From: Actinomycetota bacterium
GTDB lineage: Bacteria; Actinomycetota; Actinomycetes; Nanopelagicales; Nanopelagicaceae
Reading direction: 5' to 3'
DNA length: 44,823 bases
Assembly (NCBI GenBank): GCA_039800785.1
Contig: JBDLPY010000024.1
Location: forward strand, 1 to 44,823
Shown: positions 33,969 through 44,110 of the stretch, one piece after another
How positions within the stretch are numbered: position 1 is the stretch's first letter
Layout of the letters: each line of letters begins with the position of its first letter
Translations under genes and position numbers: made by a program
The notes under the pieces: model-generated
Told to the model about the DNA's origin: nothing
Seen by the model: only the letters and a program-made list of their open reading frames with translations
Database searches by the model: none

Positions 33969-34930
33969 TTTGAAATAGATTTAGGTGAGGTTACAAAACC
34001 CAGCGCCCAACTCATTTGCATTGTAATTAGAACGATTGGAATCAAGAGTTTTTCTAAGTTTCGACCTAATGTAAATGAAGCCAAAACAGTAAAGCCGAGA
34101 TAAACCATAAATGGTGTTATGAAAATCGGATTGAACAATGCGCCCACAATTGAAATTAGGCTCACAATTAATGTAATTGGTGGAGTTAAATATCGAAGAT
34201 TCAAAGTATCGGAATGAGTTCGACTCACCGCTCTACGCCATCTTCCATATTCGAAATATTGTTTTGCTAAAGCTTTAATTGAGCGGCGTGGTCGATAAGT
34301 AACTGACATTCTTGGATCGAAATAAATTTTCCCGCCATTAGCTCTGAGTCGATAATTAAGCTCCCAGTCTTGTGCTCGGGTAAATTTCTCATCGAAACCA
34401 CCAATGGCTAAAAGCGCCGCTCGGTTAAACGAACCCAAATAAACGGTATCTACTTCACCTGCGCTACCCCCGGTATGAAATTTTGCCGGACCGACGCCGA
34501 GCGAACTACGCATCGCGGCAGCAACAGCACGTTCAAAAAAGCCGCGTCCTTCCGCCGCCATCATGCCGCCAACATTTACTGCTCCAGTTTTTCGCAATAC
34601 TTCAACAGCAGTTGAAATGTAATTTTTCGGAATTTCAGAGTGGCCATCGACTCGAACAATTATTGAAAAACGGCTCTTAGCTAAAGCCAAATTTAAACCA
34701 GCTGCAGTTCGGCCAGATGGATTTTCAATAACGATAACTCTTCGATCGCGTTCGCTAATTTTCTGTGCAATCTCTAATGTGCCATCTTTGGATGGACCAA
34801 TTGCAAGAATAACTTCCAAATCTCCCGCAAAATCTTGATTAAGAATTGGCGCGAGAGCTTGTTCTAGATAATCCGCTTCGTTTAAAACCGGAAGAATTAC
34901 CGAGACTTGTTCGTTAGTGGGCTGCGACAT
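33965..34930 (-). CDS. Family-2 glycosyltransferase with C-terminal TM helices (ExoA-like)
   Basis: 321 aa. VSVILPVLNEADYL, GPSKDGT, VDGHS and AQDWELNYR motifs, with 2-3 C-terminal hydrophobic helices. Confidence 0.85.
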   Translation of the reverse strand: MSQPTNEQVSVILPVLNEADYLEQALAPILNQDFAGDLEVILAIGPSKDGTLEIAQKISERDRRVIVIENPSGRTAAGLNLALAKSRFSIIVRVDGHSEIPKNYISTAVEVLRKTGAVNVGGMMAAEGRGFFERAVAAAMRSSLGVGPAKFHTGGSAGEVDTVYLGSFNRAALLAIGGFDEKFTRAQDWELNYRLRANGGKIYFDPRMSVTYRPRRSIKALAKQYFEYGRWRRAVSRTHSDTLNLRYLTPPITLIVSLISIVGALFNPIFITPFMVYLGFTVLASFTLGRNLEKLLIPIVLITMQMSWALGFVTSPKSISK

Positions 34931-34967
34931 ACAAGGCTCACGCTATCGTCCCGATAGGCTTTCGCAC

Positions 34968-36062
34968 GTGAAATCCAAGCACGCAATCAAAATTTTTACC
35001 TGGTTATCGGTAGGAATTGTCGTTCTCGCTAGCGGAGTTTGGCTTGGACTCGGGCAAGTCTCAGGTTCTATAAAACGCGTTGATGTATTTGGAAAATTAA
35101 CAAATCGACCAGATCGAGTTTCTAGTGCAGTGAATTATTTAGTTGTTGGATCTGATACGCGGATTGGTTTAACTAGGGCGGAAATTAAAGAATTAAAAGT
35201 TGGATCTCGAAAAGTTGCCGATGGTGCAAGATCTGACACGATGATGTTAATTCACATCAGCAAGAAGCGAGATAAAGCGGTAATTATTTCGATACCACGT
35301 GACACATATGTAGTTGTTCCAGAACATTTAAGTATGGATGGAAAGCGAACTATTCCAGCTACTCCAGCCAAAATAAATGCTGCTTTCAATTGGGGTGGCG
35401 CACCGCTTTTAATTAAAACGCTCGAAACAAAAACAAATTTAAGAATCGATCATTATGTTGAAGTTAGTTTCCTAGGTTTCAAAAATATGGTTGACGCATT
35501 AGGTGGAATTACGGTCTGCAGTAAAGTTCCAATAAATGACCCAAAGAGTCATTTGGTTATGTCTGCCGGCGTGCATCGATTAGATGGTTTAGATGCCCTG
35601 AAATATGTCCGAACCCGCGCGTTTGATGGCATGGGCGACCTTGGTCGCATGCAGCGTCAACAGCAGTTTGTCAGTGCGGTTTTTAGAGAAGCTACCAGTT
35701 CTGGCGTATTACTAAATCCAATTAAATTAAATGGACTTCTTAAAGCAATCTTGAAAACAGTTCAAACAGATTCTGAATTAAATCAAGGTGACTTAGTTAC
35801 ATTAGCAAAACAAATAAGAAATTTGCGCCCAGGCAAAGTTCGAACATTGACGGTTCCGATGTCTAACACCAACTATTTCACACCTGCGGTTGGTTCTTCC
35901 GTTTTATGGGACCCAGTGCTTGCACCTGAATTATGGAATCGACTTCGCAAGGATTTGCCAGTAATCGATGTTGTTAAGAATAAAACCGATAAAACCACGA
36001 AGAAAATCGATAAGTTTAAGACCCGTTCCGCAAGTGAAAATCCTTGCGGCTCGCTCAAGTAA
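34968..36062 (+). CDS. LytR-CpsA-Psr (LCP) family cell-wall glycopolymer ligase
   Basis: N-terminal TM helix, then VVGSDTR...GARSDTMMLIHI...IISIPRDTYV and the LCP core. I prefer GTG 34968 (VKSKH...) because the track start GTG 34917 overlaps the divergent GT2 gene start. The start codon is uncertain. Confidence 0.82.
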   Translation: MKSKHAIKIFTWLSVGIVVLASGVWLGLGQVSGSIKRVDVFGKLTNRPDRVSSAVNYLVVGSDTRIGLTRAEIKELKVGSRKVADGARSDTMMLIHISKKRDKAVIISIPRDTYVVVPEHLSMDGKRTIPATPAKINAAFNWGGAPLLIKTLETKTNLRIDHYVEVSFLGFKNMVDALGGITVCSKVPINDPKSHLVMSAGVHRLDGLDALKYVRTRAFDGMGDLGRMQRQQQFVSAVFREATSSGVLLNPIKLNGLLKAILKTVQTDSELNQGDLVTLAKQIRNLRPGKVRTLTVPMSNTNYFTPAVGSSVLWDPVLAPELWNRLRKDLPVIDVVKNKTDKTTKKIDKFKTRSASENPCGSLK

Positions 36063-36077
36063 TACACTTAATTCATC

Positions 36078-37388
36078 ATGGCATTGAAAATCTCGGTAAT
36101 TGGCACTGGTTATCTTGGCGCTACCCATGCCGCGTGTATGGCCAATCTTGGATTTGAAACAATCGGAATTGATACCGATGCGACAAAAATTGAATTATTA
36201 AAAACTGGACAATTACCGTTTTACGAGCCAGGTTTACCAGAATTATTGAAGGGTGAAGTTGATTCTAGAAGATTAAATTTCAGCACCGATATTTCTGGAG
36301 TTAAAGATTGCGATATTCATTTTCTCTGCGTAGGAACGCCACAAAAGAAAGATGGTTTGGCAGCTGATCTGACATATGTCGATGCTGCTGTTGAAGCCAT
36401 TGCACCACATTTGAAACCGGGCGCGTTACTGGTCGGAAAATCAACAGTTCCAGTTGGGACTGCGCAACGGCTGAAGGAAAAATTATCCAAACTTGCTCCT
36501 GAGGCAGAGCTGGCATGGAACCCAGAATTTTTACGTGAAGGTTTTGCGGTTGAAGATACCTTGCACCCGAATCGCTTAGTAGTAGGTGTTACTTCAGATC
36601 GAGCTGAAAACCTACTCCGCGAAGTTTATGCAAAAAATTTGAAAGAAAATACGCCATGGATTCGTGCAGATCTACCTACATCAGAATTAGTTAAAGTAGC
36701 CGCTAATTCATTTTTAGCCACAAAGATTTCTTTTATAAATGCAATGGCTGAAGTTTGTGAGGCGTCAGGCGGAGATGTAAAAGTCTTAGCCGAAGCTATA
36801 GGACATGACCCAAGAATTGGAAACCGTTTCTTGCAAGCTGGAATCGGTTTTGGTGGCGGATGTTTACCAAAAGATATTCGTGCTTTCATGTCCCGGGTTG
36901 AAGAACTTGGTGCGAGTCAAGCACTGGAATTTTTAAGCGATATCGATGCAATTAATTTGCGCGCACGTCAACGATTAATTGATGTGGTTCGGAGCGAATT
37001 TACAACTGATTTGAAATCGCTTCGAATTTCAGTTTTAGGTGCAGCTTTCAAACCTGATAGCGATGATGTACGTGACTCCCCTGCTCTCGATATCGCTGCA
37101 CAATTACAGGACGCTGGCGCTGATGTTACGGTTCATGATCCAAAAGCAATTGCGAACGCCAAAGCGCGCTTTCCGAAACTTAAATTTGAAGCAAACTTAG
37201 ATAATTGCGTTACGGGAGCTAATTTGATTTTGCATTTAACCGAGTGGCGTGAATATCGAGAATTGGACCCAATCAAACTTGGATCTTTAGTTGCTGAAAA
37301 GAATTTAATTGATGGTCGAAATATGTTGGACCGGGAAAAATACCGCGCAGCTGGTTGGCATTTCCATGCTCTGGGCCGCAGCAACTAA
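36078..37388 (+). CDS. ugd: UDP-glucose 6-dehydrogenase
   Basis: 436 aa. Rossmann KISVIGTGYLGATHAACMA, NPEFLREG, and the catalytic-Cys loop GFGGGCLPKD. Confidence 0.9.
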   Translation: MALKISVIGTGYLGATHAACMANLGFETIGIDTDATKIELLKTGQLPFYEPGLPELLKGEVDSRRLNFSTDISGVKDCDIHFLCVGTPQKKDGLAADLTYVDAAVEAIAPHLKPGALLVGKSTVPVGTAQRLKEKLSKLAPEAELAWNPEFLREGFAVEDTLHPNRLVVGVTSDRAENLLREVYAKNLKENTPWIRADLPTSELVKVAANSFLATKISFINAMAEVCEASGGDVKVLAEAIGHDPRIGNRFLQAGIGFGGGCLPKDIRAFMSRVEELGASQALEFLSDIDAINLRARQRLIDVVRSEFTTDLKSLRISVLGAAFKPDSDDVRDSPALDIAAQLQDAGADVTVHDPKAIANAKARFPKLKFEANLDNCVTGANLILHLTEWREYRELDPIKLGSLVAEKNLIDGRNMLDREKYRAAGWHFHALGRSN

Positions 37389-38255
37389 TTATTCGTCAAT
37401 TACTCCACTGAAATATTCCGCTGCATGAAGTGCTTCACCCCGTAACTGCGCTAAATTCTTTCCCAATAAAGTTAAGTGTCCAACATTGGCGCCAGGTTGC
37501 GGCGTCGATTTATATCGATGGAATTTCATTTTTGGTGAGCGCGCCATTAAATGAAGATATGGACGATACATATCTAATTTATCGCCACAAACAATATTTC
37601 TACTGACAACAAAACTGTCAGTTAAAGACGTGTCACCAAGCGGCAAATCCAAAATGGCTCTCAGGTTTTGTTCGAACTGACTTGTGGTTGCACCTTCGAT
37701 AGTCCAATTAAAATAATCAGAAAGTCCGAGTGAAACACGTGCGATAGATAATGAACCAGATTGCTCTGAAATTATTAAGCACATTGTTCCGATTAAGTTA
37801 ATCTCACCAGCAATTTCGATTGCTAAATTCTGCGCAGCTTGACTCAGCGCTTCTGAAAGCGCAGGGGTGAATACTTCTAAGTTTTGATCCGGCGTTAATT
37901 TAAATTCGGCTGGGGCCCAGGTGGAAATTTGCCCATGCGGGGATCTTGCTACCAGGACTCCATAATGGTGATTCTCATTCAATCCAGATTCAAATTCTTT
38001 TATCTGTTTAAAACTTCGAAGACTTGGCCGAACTTTAATCCCGTGTTTTTCAATTTCATTAATGAGTGTTTCTGAAATTTCATTTGTTTCAAATGTGACC
38101 ACATCGCAGGTTTTTGCTAATTCCAAAACTTCATTAATGTTTTTATTCTGATCACAAGTTATTAGTTCGATACCTAGTTCTTTTGCTGATGAAATAGATA
38201 AATTTGCAAGATGGCCCGAGCCAATCATTAATACCCGAGGCCAATTGTTATTCAT
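37389..38255 (-). CDS. PurK-like protein, shortened and degenerate (N5-CAIR synthase homologue lacking the ATP-grasp B domain)
   Basis: 288 aa, against about 355-430 aa for PurK. The ends align to PurK as recalled (VLMIGSGHLAN ~ GGGQLGRM; WTIEGATTSQFEQNLRAILDLPLGD ~ HWTIDGA.TSQFEQHLRA..D.PLG; GANVGHLTLLG ~ GRKVGH). The central B-domain segment of about 80-100 aa is missing, and HNSGH is replaced by SLGLSDYFN. Confidence 0.6.
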   Translation of the reverse strand: MNNNWPRVLMIGSGHLANLSISSAKELGIELITCDQNKNINEVLELAKTCDVVTFETNEISETLINEIEKHGIKVRPSLRSFKQIKEFESGLNENHHYGVLVARSPHGQISTWAPAEFKLTPDQNLEVFTPALSEALSQAAQNLAIEIAGEINLIGTMCLIISEQSGSLSIARVSLGLSDYFNWTIEGATTSQFEQNLRAILDLPLGDTSLTDSFVVSRNIVCGDKLDMYRPYLHLMARSPKMKFHRYKSTPQPGANVGHLTLLGKNLAQLRGEALHAAEYFSGVIDE

Positions 38256-38997
38256 TCATCAATCTTAAATGTCGCACATCACCAACTTGAACTTCGGTAT
38301 TCCCGACTACCAGTTCACCCTTTGCAGACAAGGTTTTTGCTAAACCTGTGATTTTCTCCCCATTGGGTAGAGCAACTTCCACTTCTTTTCCAATTGTTGA
38401 ACTTTTTGCTAAGTACTCATTAAATACTTCCGGTTTGTTTGCCGGCCAATTTCGGAACAACTTGCCCAATTCGTGCAAAATTGAAATCAGCAATTCGTCT
38501 CGATTGGCGGATAATTCATTTTGAATCAGCGAGGTTGCTTCCGGAATCGGCAGTTCCTCTTGACTTTGTGAAACATTTAATCCAATTCCAACTATGACGC
38601 CGCCGTAAACTTTTTCGGCAAGTATACCGCCACATTTCTTATTATTAATTTGAATGTCGTTTGGCCATTTCAGTTGTGAATTTGGAATGACTTTGCAAAT
38701 TGCTAATCCAGCAATTAACGGTAACCAATTATTTTCGATTTCGTTTTGTAAATATAAAGAAAAAAGTAACGAACTCTTAGGTGGTGCAACAAAATTTCGA
38801 TCCAATCGCCCGCGCCCTGCGCTTTGATATTCGGCAATGATGACTTCGCCTGATTGTGCATTTCCAGAATTCACTAAATTCGCTAAATCATTTTGAGTTG
38901 AAGAAGTTTCATTAATCACTCTTACCCGCCAGTAAGGTGCAACGGAAGCGTTAATAATTTCCTCGTTGAGGCTACTGCGATGCCACTCCACTCCCAT
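38248..38997 (-). CDS. birA: Biotin--[acetyl-CoA-carboxylase] ligase, group I (no HTH)
   Basis: SAGRGRLDRNF (GRGRxGRxW-type) motif and KWPNDI. The start is taken at ATG 38997 (MGVEWH...) because the longer ORF to 39054 overlaps the divergent accD5 start. Confidence 0.85.
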   Translation of the reverse strand: MGVEWHRSSLNEEIINASVAPYWRVRVINETSSTQNDLANLVNSGNAQSGEVIIAEYQSAGRGRLDRNFVAPPKSSLLFSLYLQNEIENNWLPLIAGLAICKVIPNSQLKWPNDIQINNKKCGGILAEKVYGGVIVGIGLNVSQSQEELPIPEATSLIQNELSANRDELLISILHELGKLFRNWPANKPEVFNEYLAKSSTIGKEVEVALPNGEKITGLAKTLSAKGELVVGNTEVQVGDVRHLRLMNE

Positions 38998-39015
38998 GGT
39001 TAGTAAGGTAGGGGT

Positions 39016-40587
39016 ATGAGCAAGGATTTGCATACAACCGCAGGCAAGATTCAAGACTTACGTGACCGATTAGACGAAGCTGTCCATGCCGGCTCCGCAC
39101 GGGCAATCGAAAAGCAGCATGCAAAAGGAAAATTAACAGCTCGGGAACGTATTGCGTTACTTCTTGATGAAGATTCTTTTCAAGAGATGGATGAGTTCGC
39201 CCGTCATCGTTCTTATAACTTTGGAATGCAAAATAATCGTCCATACGGTGATGGCGTAGTTATTGGTTTTGGAACTGTAGATAATCGAAGCGTTGCGGTT
39301 TATTCACAAGATTTCACAATTATGGGCGGAAGTCTCGGTGAAGTTTTTGGTGAAAAAATGAAAAAGATTATGGAATTCGCATTGAAAAACGGAATTCCTT
39401 TGATCGGAATAAACGACTCCGGTGGCGCGCGAATCCAAGAAGGTGTGCAAGCACTTGGTGGTTATGGATCAATTTTTAGATTGAACACTCGTTCATCCGG
39501 CGTAATTCCTCAGATTTCTTTAATTCTTGGTCCATGTGCCGGTGGTGCTGCTTATTCTCCAGCCCTTACTGACTTCACAGTTATGGTCAATGAAAAATCC
39601 CACATGTTCATCACTGGGCCTGAAGTTATTAAGACTGTAACTGGCGAAGAAGTTGGTATGGAAGAACTTGGTGGCGCACATACCCATAACACTCGCACTG
39701 GAAATGCTCACTACCTTGCAGAAAATGAAGAAGATGCGATTGATTACGTAAAATCATTATTATCTTATTTGCCAAGTAACAACATGGATGGTGCTCCACA
39801 TTTGCCGGCAACCGAAACTTTGGCTCGTAAAGCTACCGATATCGCACTTGATACTTTGATTCCTGACAGTCCGAATCAACCGTATGACATTAAAGTTTTA
39901 ATCCATGCATTATTAGATGAAGGCGAATTCTTAGAAGTTCAAGCGCTTTATGCACCGAATATTGTGGTTGGTTTTGGTCGAATCGAAGGTGAAAGTGTTG
40001 GAATCATTGCAAACCAACCTCAACAATTTGCTGGAACTCTTGATATTAATTCCAGTGAAAAAGCAGCGCGCTTTCTACGATTCTGTGATGCTTTCAATAT
40101 TCCAATAGTTACTTTGGTTGACGTTCCTGGATTCTTACCGGGCACCGAACAAGAATGGGATGGAATCATTCGCCGTGGCGCTAAATTGCTTTACGCATAT
40201 GCTGAAGCAACCGTTCCACTCGTAACGCTTGTGACCCGCAAAGCTTATGGTGGCGCGTATATCGTGATGGGTTCTAAGCAAATCGGTGGCGATGTTGTAT
40301 TTGCTTGGCCAACTGCAGAAATTGCCGTAATGGGTGGCCAAGGTGCAGTCAATATTTTGTATCGCAAAGAATTAGCCGAAAGCAAAGATCCTGAAGCGCT
40401 ACGTGCCAAATTAGTTAAGGAATATAACGAAACTTTAGCCAATCCGTATAACGCAGCAGAGCGCGGGATAGTTGACGCAGTCATCGAACCAAGTCAAAGC
40501 CGCGAATACATCACAAAAGTTTTACGAACTCTTAAAACAAAACGTGATTCATTGCCGCCAAAGAAACATGGAAATATTCCATTATGA
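39016..40587 (+). CDS. accD5: Acyl-CoA (propionyl/acetyl-CoA) carboxylase carboxyltransferase beta subunit
   Basis: 523 aa. Two crotonase-like CT halves (GGSLGE..G.K; [13 protein letters not shown]; [12 protein letters not shown]). Order matches Rv3280. SD-like AAGGTAGGGG lies upstream of the ATG at 39016. Confidence 0.92.
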   Translation: MSKDLHTTAGKIQDLRDRLDEAVHAGSARAIEKQHAKGKLTARERIALLLDEDSFQEMDEFARHRSYNFGMQNNRPYGDGVVIGFGTVDNRSVAVYSQDFTIMGGSLGEVFGEKMKKIMEFALKNGIPLIGINDSGGARIQEGVQALGGYGSIFRLNTRSSGVIPQISLILGPCAGGAAYSPALTDFTVMVNEKSHMFITGPEVIKTVTGEEVGMEELGGAHTHNTRTGNAHYLAENEEDAIDYVKSLLSYLPSNNMDGAPHLPATETLARKATDIALDTLIPDSPNQPYDIKVLIHALLDEGEFLEVQALYAPNIVVGFGRIEGESVGIIANQPQQFAGTLDINSSEKAARFLRFCDAFNIPIVTLVDVPGFLPGTEQEWDGIIRRGAKLLYAYAEATVPLVTLVTRKAYGGAYIVMGSKQIGGDVVFAWPTAEIAVMGGQGAVNILYRKELAESKDPEALRAKLVKEYNETLANPYNAAERGIVDAVIEPSQSREYITKVLRTLKTKRDSLPPKKHGNIPL

Positions 40588-40769
40588 TGAAATTTACGGT
40601 AATTAGCGGCAATCCGACTCATGAAGAAATGGAAATTCTCCAGATAGTTGCGAATCAACATAAAAGAATCGAGCAATCACCCGTTGTTAAAAGAAGTAAT
40701 TGGGCGGCACCATTAATGCGATCAAAAATGCCTCAGCAATTGAAATTCGGAGCTGGTCGGAACGTTTAA
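40584..40769 (+). CDS. accE5: Acyl-CoA carboxylase epsilon subunit
   Basis: 61 aa. [16 protein letters not shown]...W...P pattern typical of ACC epsilon peptides. ATGA overlap with the accD5 stop and TAATG overlap with the maf start. Confidence 0.7.
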   Translation: MMKFTVISGNPTHEEMEILQIVANQHKRIEQSPVVKRSNWAAPLMRSKMPQQLKFGAGRNV

Positions 40770-41380
40770 TGCCTCGATTAATCCTTGCTTCTGCCTCACC
40801 TTCCCGCAAACGTTTGCTTGAAGGTGCTGGTCTGATGCCGGAAATTTTTATTAGCCATGTAGATGAAGAAACCGAACATTTCAATTCGATGAGTCCAAAA
40901 GATATGGTTATTGCGCTTGCAATTACCAAAGCTCATACAGTTCGCGAACAGATTTCCGATGAAGTAATAATCATTGGGTGTGATTCAACATTTGAATTTG
41001 AAGGCGAATCATTTGGTAAACCAGAAACACCAGAAATTGCAATCCAACGCGCAAAGAGACTGAGTGGCAAAACTGGATTACTTCATACCGGACATTGCAT
41101 TATTGATACGGCGCAAGATCGTGAAATCGCTGACCGGGTTACAACTTCGGTTACTTTTGATGTGATGGATGATTCTGAAATTTCAGACTATGTATCTACT
41201 GGCGAACCATTACGAGTTGCAGGCGGATTTACTTTAGATGGTTTTAGCTCACCATTTATAAGTGCAATTGATGGCGACTACACAAATGTTGTTGGTATTT
41301 CGATGCCATTCATCCGAAAAACTTTTACTCATCTAGGCTACTCCTGGCCGAATGCTAAAAAGATTGGAACCCTGGTATGA
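40769..41380 (+). CDS. maf: Maf-family nucleoside triphosphate pyrophosphatase
   Basis: The start is taken at ATG 40769 ([17 protein letters not shown]), the canonical Maf N-terminus. GCDS and Y.GEP....AG.F motifs. The track ORF from 40700 is an upstream extension inside accE5. Confidence 0.85.
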   Translation: MPRLILASASPSRKRLLEGAGLMPEIFISHVDEETEHFNSMSPKDMVIALAITKAHTVREQISDEVIIIGCDSTFEFEGESFGKPETPEIAIQRAKRLSGKTGLLHTGHCIIDTAQDREIADRVTTSVTFDVMDDSEISDYVSTGEPLRVAGGFTLDGFSSPFISAIDGDYTNVVGISMPFIRKTFTHLGYSWPNAKKIGTLV

Positions 41381-43092
41381 AGCGTGTATTAATTGCCAAT
41401 CGTGGTGAAATCGCTGTTCGCGTGGCACGCGCATGTAAAGACCATGGCATCGAGAGCGTTGCGGTCTACTCCGAAGAAGATCGCAACGCGCTACATACAA
41501 AAGTTGCAGATGCGGCATATTCGCTCAAAGGATTAACTGCCGGACAAACCTATTTAAATATTGAAAAATTGATTGCAGTTGCGAAGGAATCAAAAGCAGA
41601 CGCGGTACATCCCGGATATGGATTCTTGTCGGAAAATGCTGATTTCGCACAAGCAGTTATTGATGCCGGCTTAGTTTGGATTGGTCCCCCACCGGCTGCA
41701 ATTAAAGCTTTAGGAGATAAAGTTTCAGCGCGAAAAATTGCAGCTAAAGCTGGTGCGCCACTTGTGGCGGGAACTAAAGATCCAGTTAGCAGCCATGAAG
41801 AAGTTGTTTCATTTGCGAAAGAACATGGTTTGCCAGTTGCAATTAAAGCCGCACATGGTGGCGGAGGCCGTGGTTTAAAAGTCGCACGCACATTGGAAGA
41901 AATTCCAGAACTTTATGCATCTGCAGTTCGTGAAGCAATTGCTGGTTTCGGTCGTGGTGAATGTTTCGTAGAACGTTACTTAGATAAACCTCGACACGTT
42001 GAGACGCAATGTTTAGCCGACAAACATGGAAATGTAATCGTCGTTTCAACTCGAGATTGCTCGTTGCAGCGTCGCCATCAAAAATTGGTAGAAGAGGCAC
42101 CAGCACCATTCTTAAGTGATGAACAAAATGCCGAACTTTATCGCGCAAGTAAAGCCATCATGAAAGAAGCAGGTTACGTCGGCGCTGGAACTTGCGAATT
42201 CTTAGTTGGGTTAGATGGCACTATTTCTTTCTTAGAAGTAAATACGCGCTTGCAAGTGGAGCATCCGGTTTCAGAGGAAGTAACTGGAATTGACTTGGTC
42301 CGTGCACAATTTGATATTGCTGATGGTAAGAAATTGGAATATTCGGATCCAGAAATTCGCGGTCATTCCATTGAATTTCGAATTAATGGCGAGGATCCAG
42401 GTCGTAATTTCTTGCCGGCGCCAGGCAGCATCACAAAGTGGTCATTGCCAACTGGACCAGGAGTTCGAGTTGATGCTGGATTTAGAAAGAATGATGTTAT
42501 CGGTGGAAATTTCGATTCCTTACTTGCCAAATTAATTGTCACTGGACGAACACGAGCCGAAGCCATCGAACGCTCCCGTCGCGCTCTTGCTGAATTTGAA
42601 ATAGATGGCCTAGCTACTGCGATTCCGTTTCATAAAGCGATTTTGAATGATGACAACTACGTAAAAGATTTCAAGGTTTACACCAGTTACATCGAAAATG
42701 AATTTGTTAATGAAATTCAAGCATTTGGCGGCGTACCGGGTGGCGTTCAAACGCAAGCTGCCCCAGAACATCTAATTGCCGAAATTAATGGCCATCGCTT
42801 TGAAGTTTTAATCCATGCGCCAGATCCAATTCATAAACGTCATCGCAAAGGAAAGAGTTTTGCTGGCGGCGCCGCTGGAGATGCGCTCGTGAGTCCAATG
42901 CAAGGAACTGTCGTGAAAATTGCAGTAAAGAATGGCGACAAAGTTGAGGCTGGAGATTTATTAGTCGTTCTTGAAGCGATGAAAATGGAGCAACAATTAA
43001 CGGCTCATAAGGCAGGCACAATTTCTAATTTAGTAGTTGAAGTTGGCGAAACTGTTGCAAGTGGCGCCGCGCTTTGTGAAATTACTGAATAA
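41377..43092 (+). CDS. accA3: Biotin carboxylase + BCCP alpha subunit of acyl-CoA carboxylase
   Basis: 571 aa. [19 protein letters not shown]-grasp [18 protein letters not shown](S/T)E, and the C-terminal biotinyl domain with the EAMKME biotinylation motif. Confidence 0.93.
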   Translation: MKRVLIANRGEIAVRVARACKDHGIESVAVYSEEDRNALHTKVADAAYSLKGLTAGQTYLNIEKLIAVAKESKADAVHPGYGFLSENADFAQAVIDAGLVWIGPPPAAIKALGDKVSARKIAAKAGAPLVAGTKDPVSSHEEVVSFAKEHGLPVAIKAAHGGGGRGLKVARTLEEIPELYASAVREAIAGFGRGECFVERYLDKPRHVETQCLADKHGNVIVVSTRDCSLQRRHQKLVEEAPAPFLSDEQNAELYRASKAIMKEAGYVGAGTCEFLVGLDGTISFLEVNTRLQVEHPVSEEVTGIDLVRAQFDIADGKKLEYSDPEIRGHSIEFRINGEDPGRNFLPAPGSITKWSLPTGPGVRVDAGFRKNDVIGGNFDSLLAKLIVTGRTRAEAIERSRRALAEFEIDGLATAIPFHKAILNDDNYVKDFKVYTSYIENEFVNEIQAFGGVPGGVQTQAAPEHLIAEINGHRFEVLIHAPDPIHKRHRKGKSFAGGAAGDALVSPMQGTVVKIAVKNGDKVEAGDLLVVLEAMKMEQQLTAHKAGTISNLVVEVGETVASGAALCEITE

Positions 43093-43099
43093 TTTAAAG

Positions 43100-44092
43100 T
43101 TAAAGAACCAAACCCAACGCTTTATAAGTATCAGTTAAAGTCTTATTTGCTGTAACTTTTGCGCGGTTAGCTCCATCATGCAAAATCTTAATCAACTCGG
43201 ATTCGTCTTTTAGTAATTCAAGTGCTTTTTCACGAATTGGAGTTAAGTGATCTATAACAACTTCTGCAACTGCCATTTTGAAATCGCCATAACCTTTTCC
43301 GGCAAATTGGTTTTCAAGCTCTTTAACCGGCGCTCCTGAAATTGCGGAATGGATGGTGAGTAGATTGCTAATTCCAGGTTTATTTTTTTCATCAAAGACA
43401 ACTTCTTTTCCGGTGTCAGTGACTGCGCTCTTAAATTTCTTTAAATTTACATCCGGAGAATCCATCAATTCAATTACACCTGAAACACTTGCGGCAGATT
43501 TGCTCATCTTTGCCGTCGGCTCTTGTAAATCATTTATTTTGGCACCAGCTTTTAAAATATAGCCCTCTGGCAAGTTAAAAGTTTGGCCGTATCTAGTGTT
43601 AAAGCGATTTGCCAAATCTCTAGTTAATTCAATGTGTTGGCGTTGATCTTCGCCCACTGGAACAAAATCTGCTTGATACAGCAAAATGTCAGCAGCTTGC
43701 AACATCGGATAAGTGAAAAGTGCAACTCGGGCGCTGTCGGTGCCACTCTTTTGAGATTTATCTTTAAATTGAGTCATACGACTTGCCTCACCGAAACCAG
43801 CCAAACATTCCATCACCCAACCAAGTTGATTGTGTTCTGGTAAATGTGACTGAACGAAAATTGTAGAAACTTTCGGATCAATTCCGATTGCGATCAATTG
43901 CGCTGCCGATGCCAAAGTTCGTCGCTTAAATACTTCCGGATCAATTTCATTTGTTAACGCATGTAAATCTACGACACAGTAATAAGCATCATTGCCAGCT
44001 TGGAGTTCCACCCATTGGCGGAGCGCACCTAAGTAATTTCCTAAATGAAAGGATTCAGAAGTTGGCTGGATGCCAGATAACACGCGCTTCAT
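43100..44092 (-). CDS. trpS: Tryptophan--tRNA ligase
   Basis: 330 aa. HIGH-type [15 protein letters not shown], and KMSKS present literally. Confidence 0.95.
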   Translation of the reverse strand: MKRVLSGIQPTSESFHLGNYLGALRQWVELQAGNDAYYCVVDLHALTNEIDPEVFKRRTLASAAQLIAIGIDPKVSTIFVQSHLPEHNQLGWVMECLAGFGEASRMTQFKDKSQKSGTDSARVALFTYPMLQAADILLYQADFVPVGEDQRQHIELTRDLANRFNTRYGQTFNLPEGYILKAGAKINDLQEPTAKMSKSAASVSGVIELMDSPDVNLKKFKSAVTDTGKEVVFDEKNKPGISNLLTIHSAISGAPVKELENQFAGKGYGDFKMAVAEVVIDHLTPIREKALELLKDESELIKILHDGANRAKVTANKTLTDTYKALGLVL

Positions 44093-44110
44093 GGGCGCAA
44101 TTCTCGCACG

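Noticed and set aside
38998-39054. N-terminal 19-codon extension of birA (MNLACGCMQ...)
   Set aside because: It would overlap the divergent accD5 start (39016), which has a clear SD. Starting at ATG 38997 gives a normal group-I BirA length.
40700-40768. Upstream extension of the maf ORF
   Set aside because: It lies inside accE5 in another frame. The canonical Maf N-terminus ([14 protein letters not shown]) starts at 40769 with a TAATG junction.
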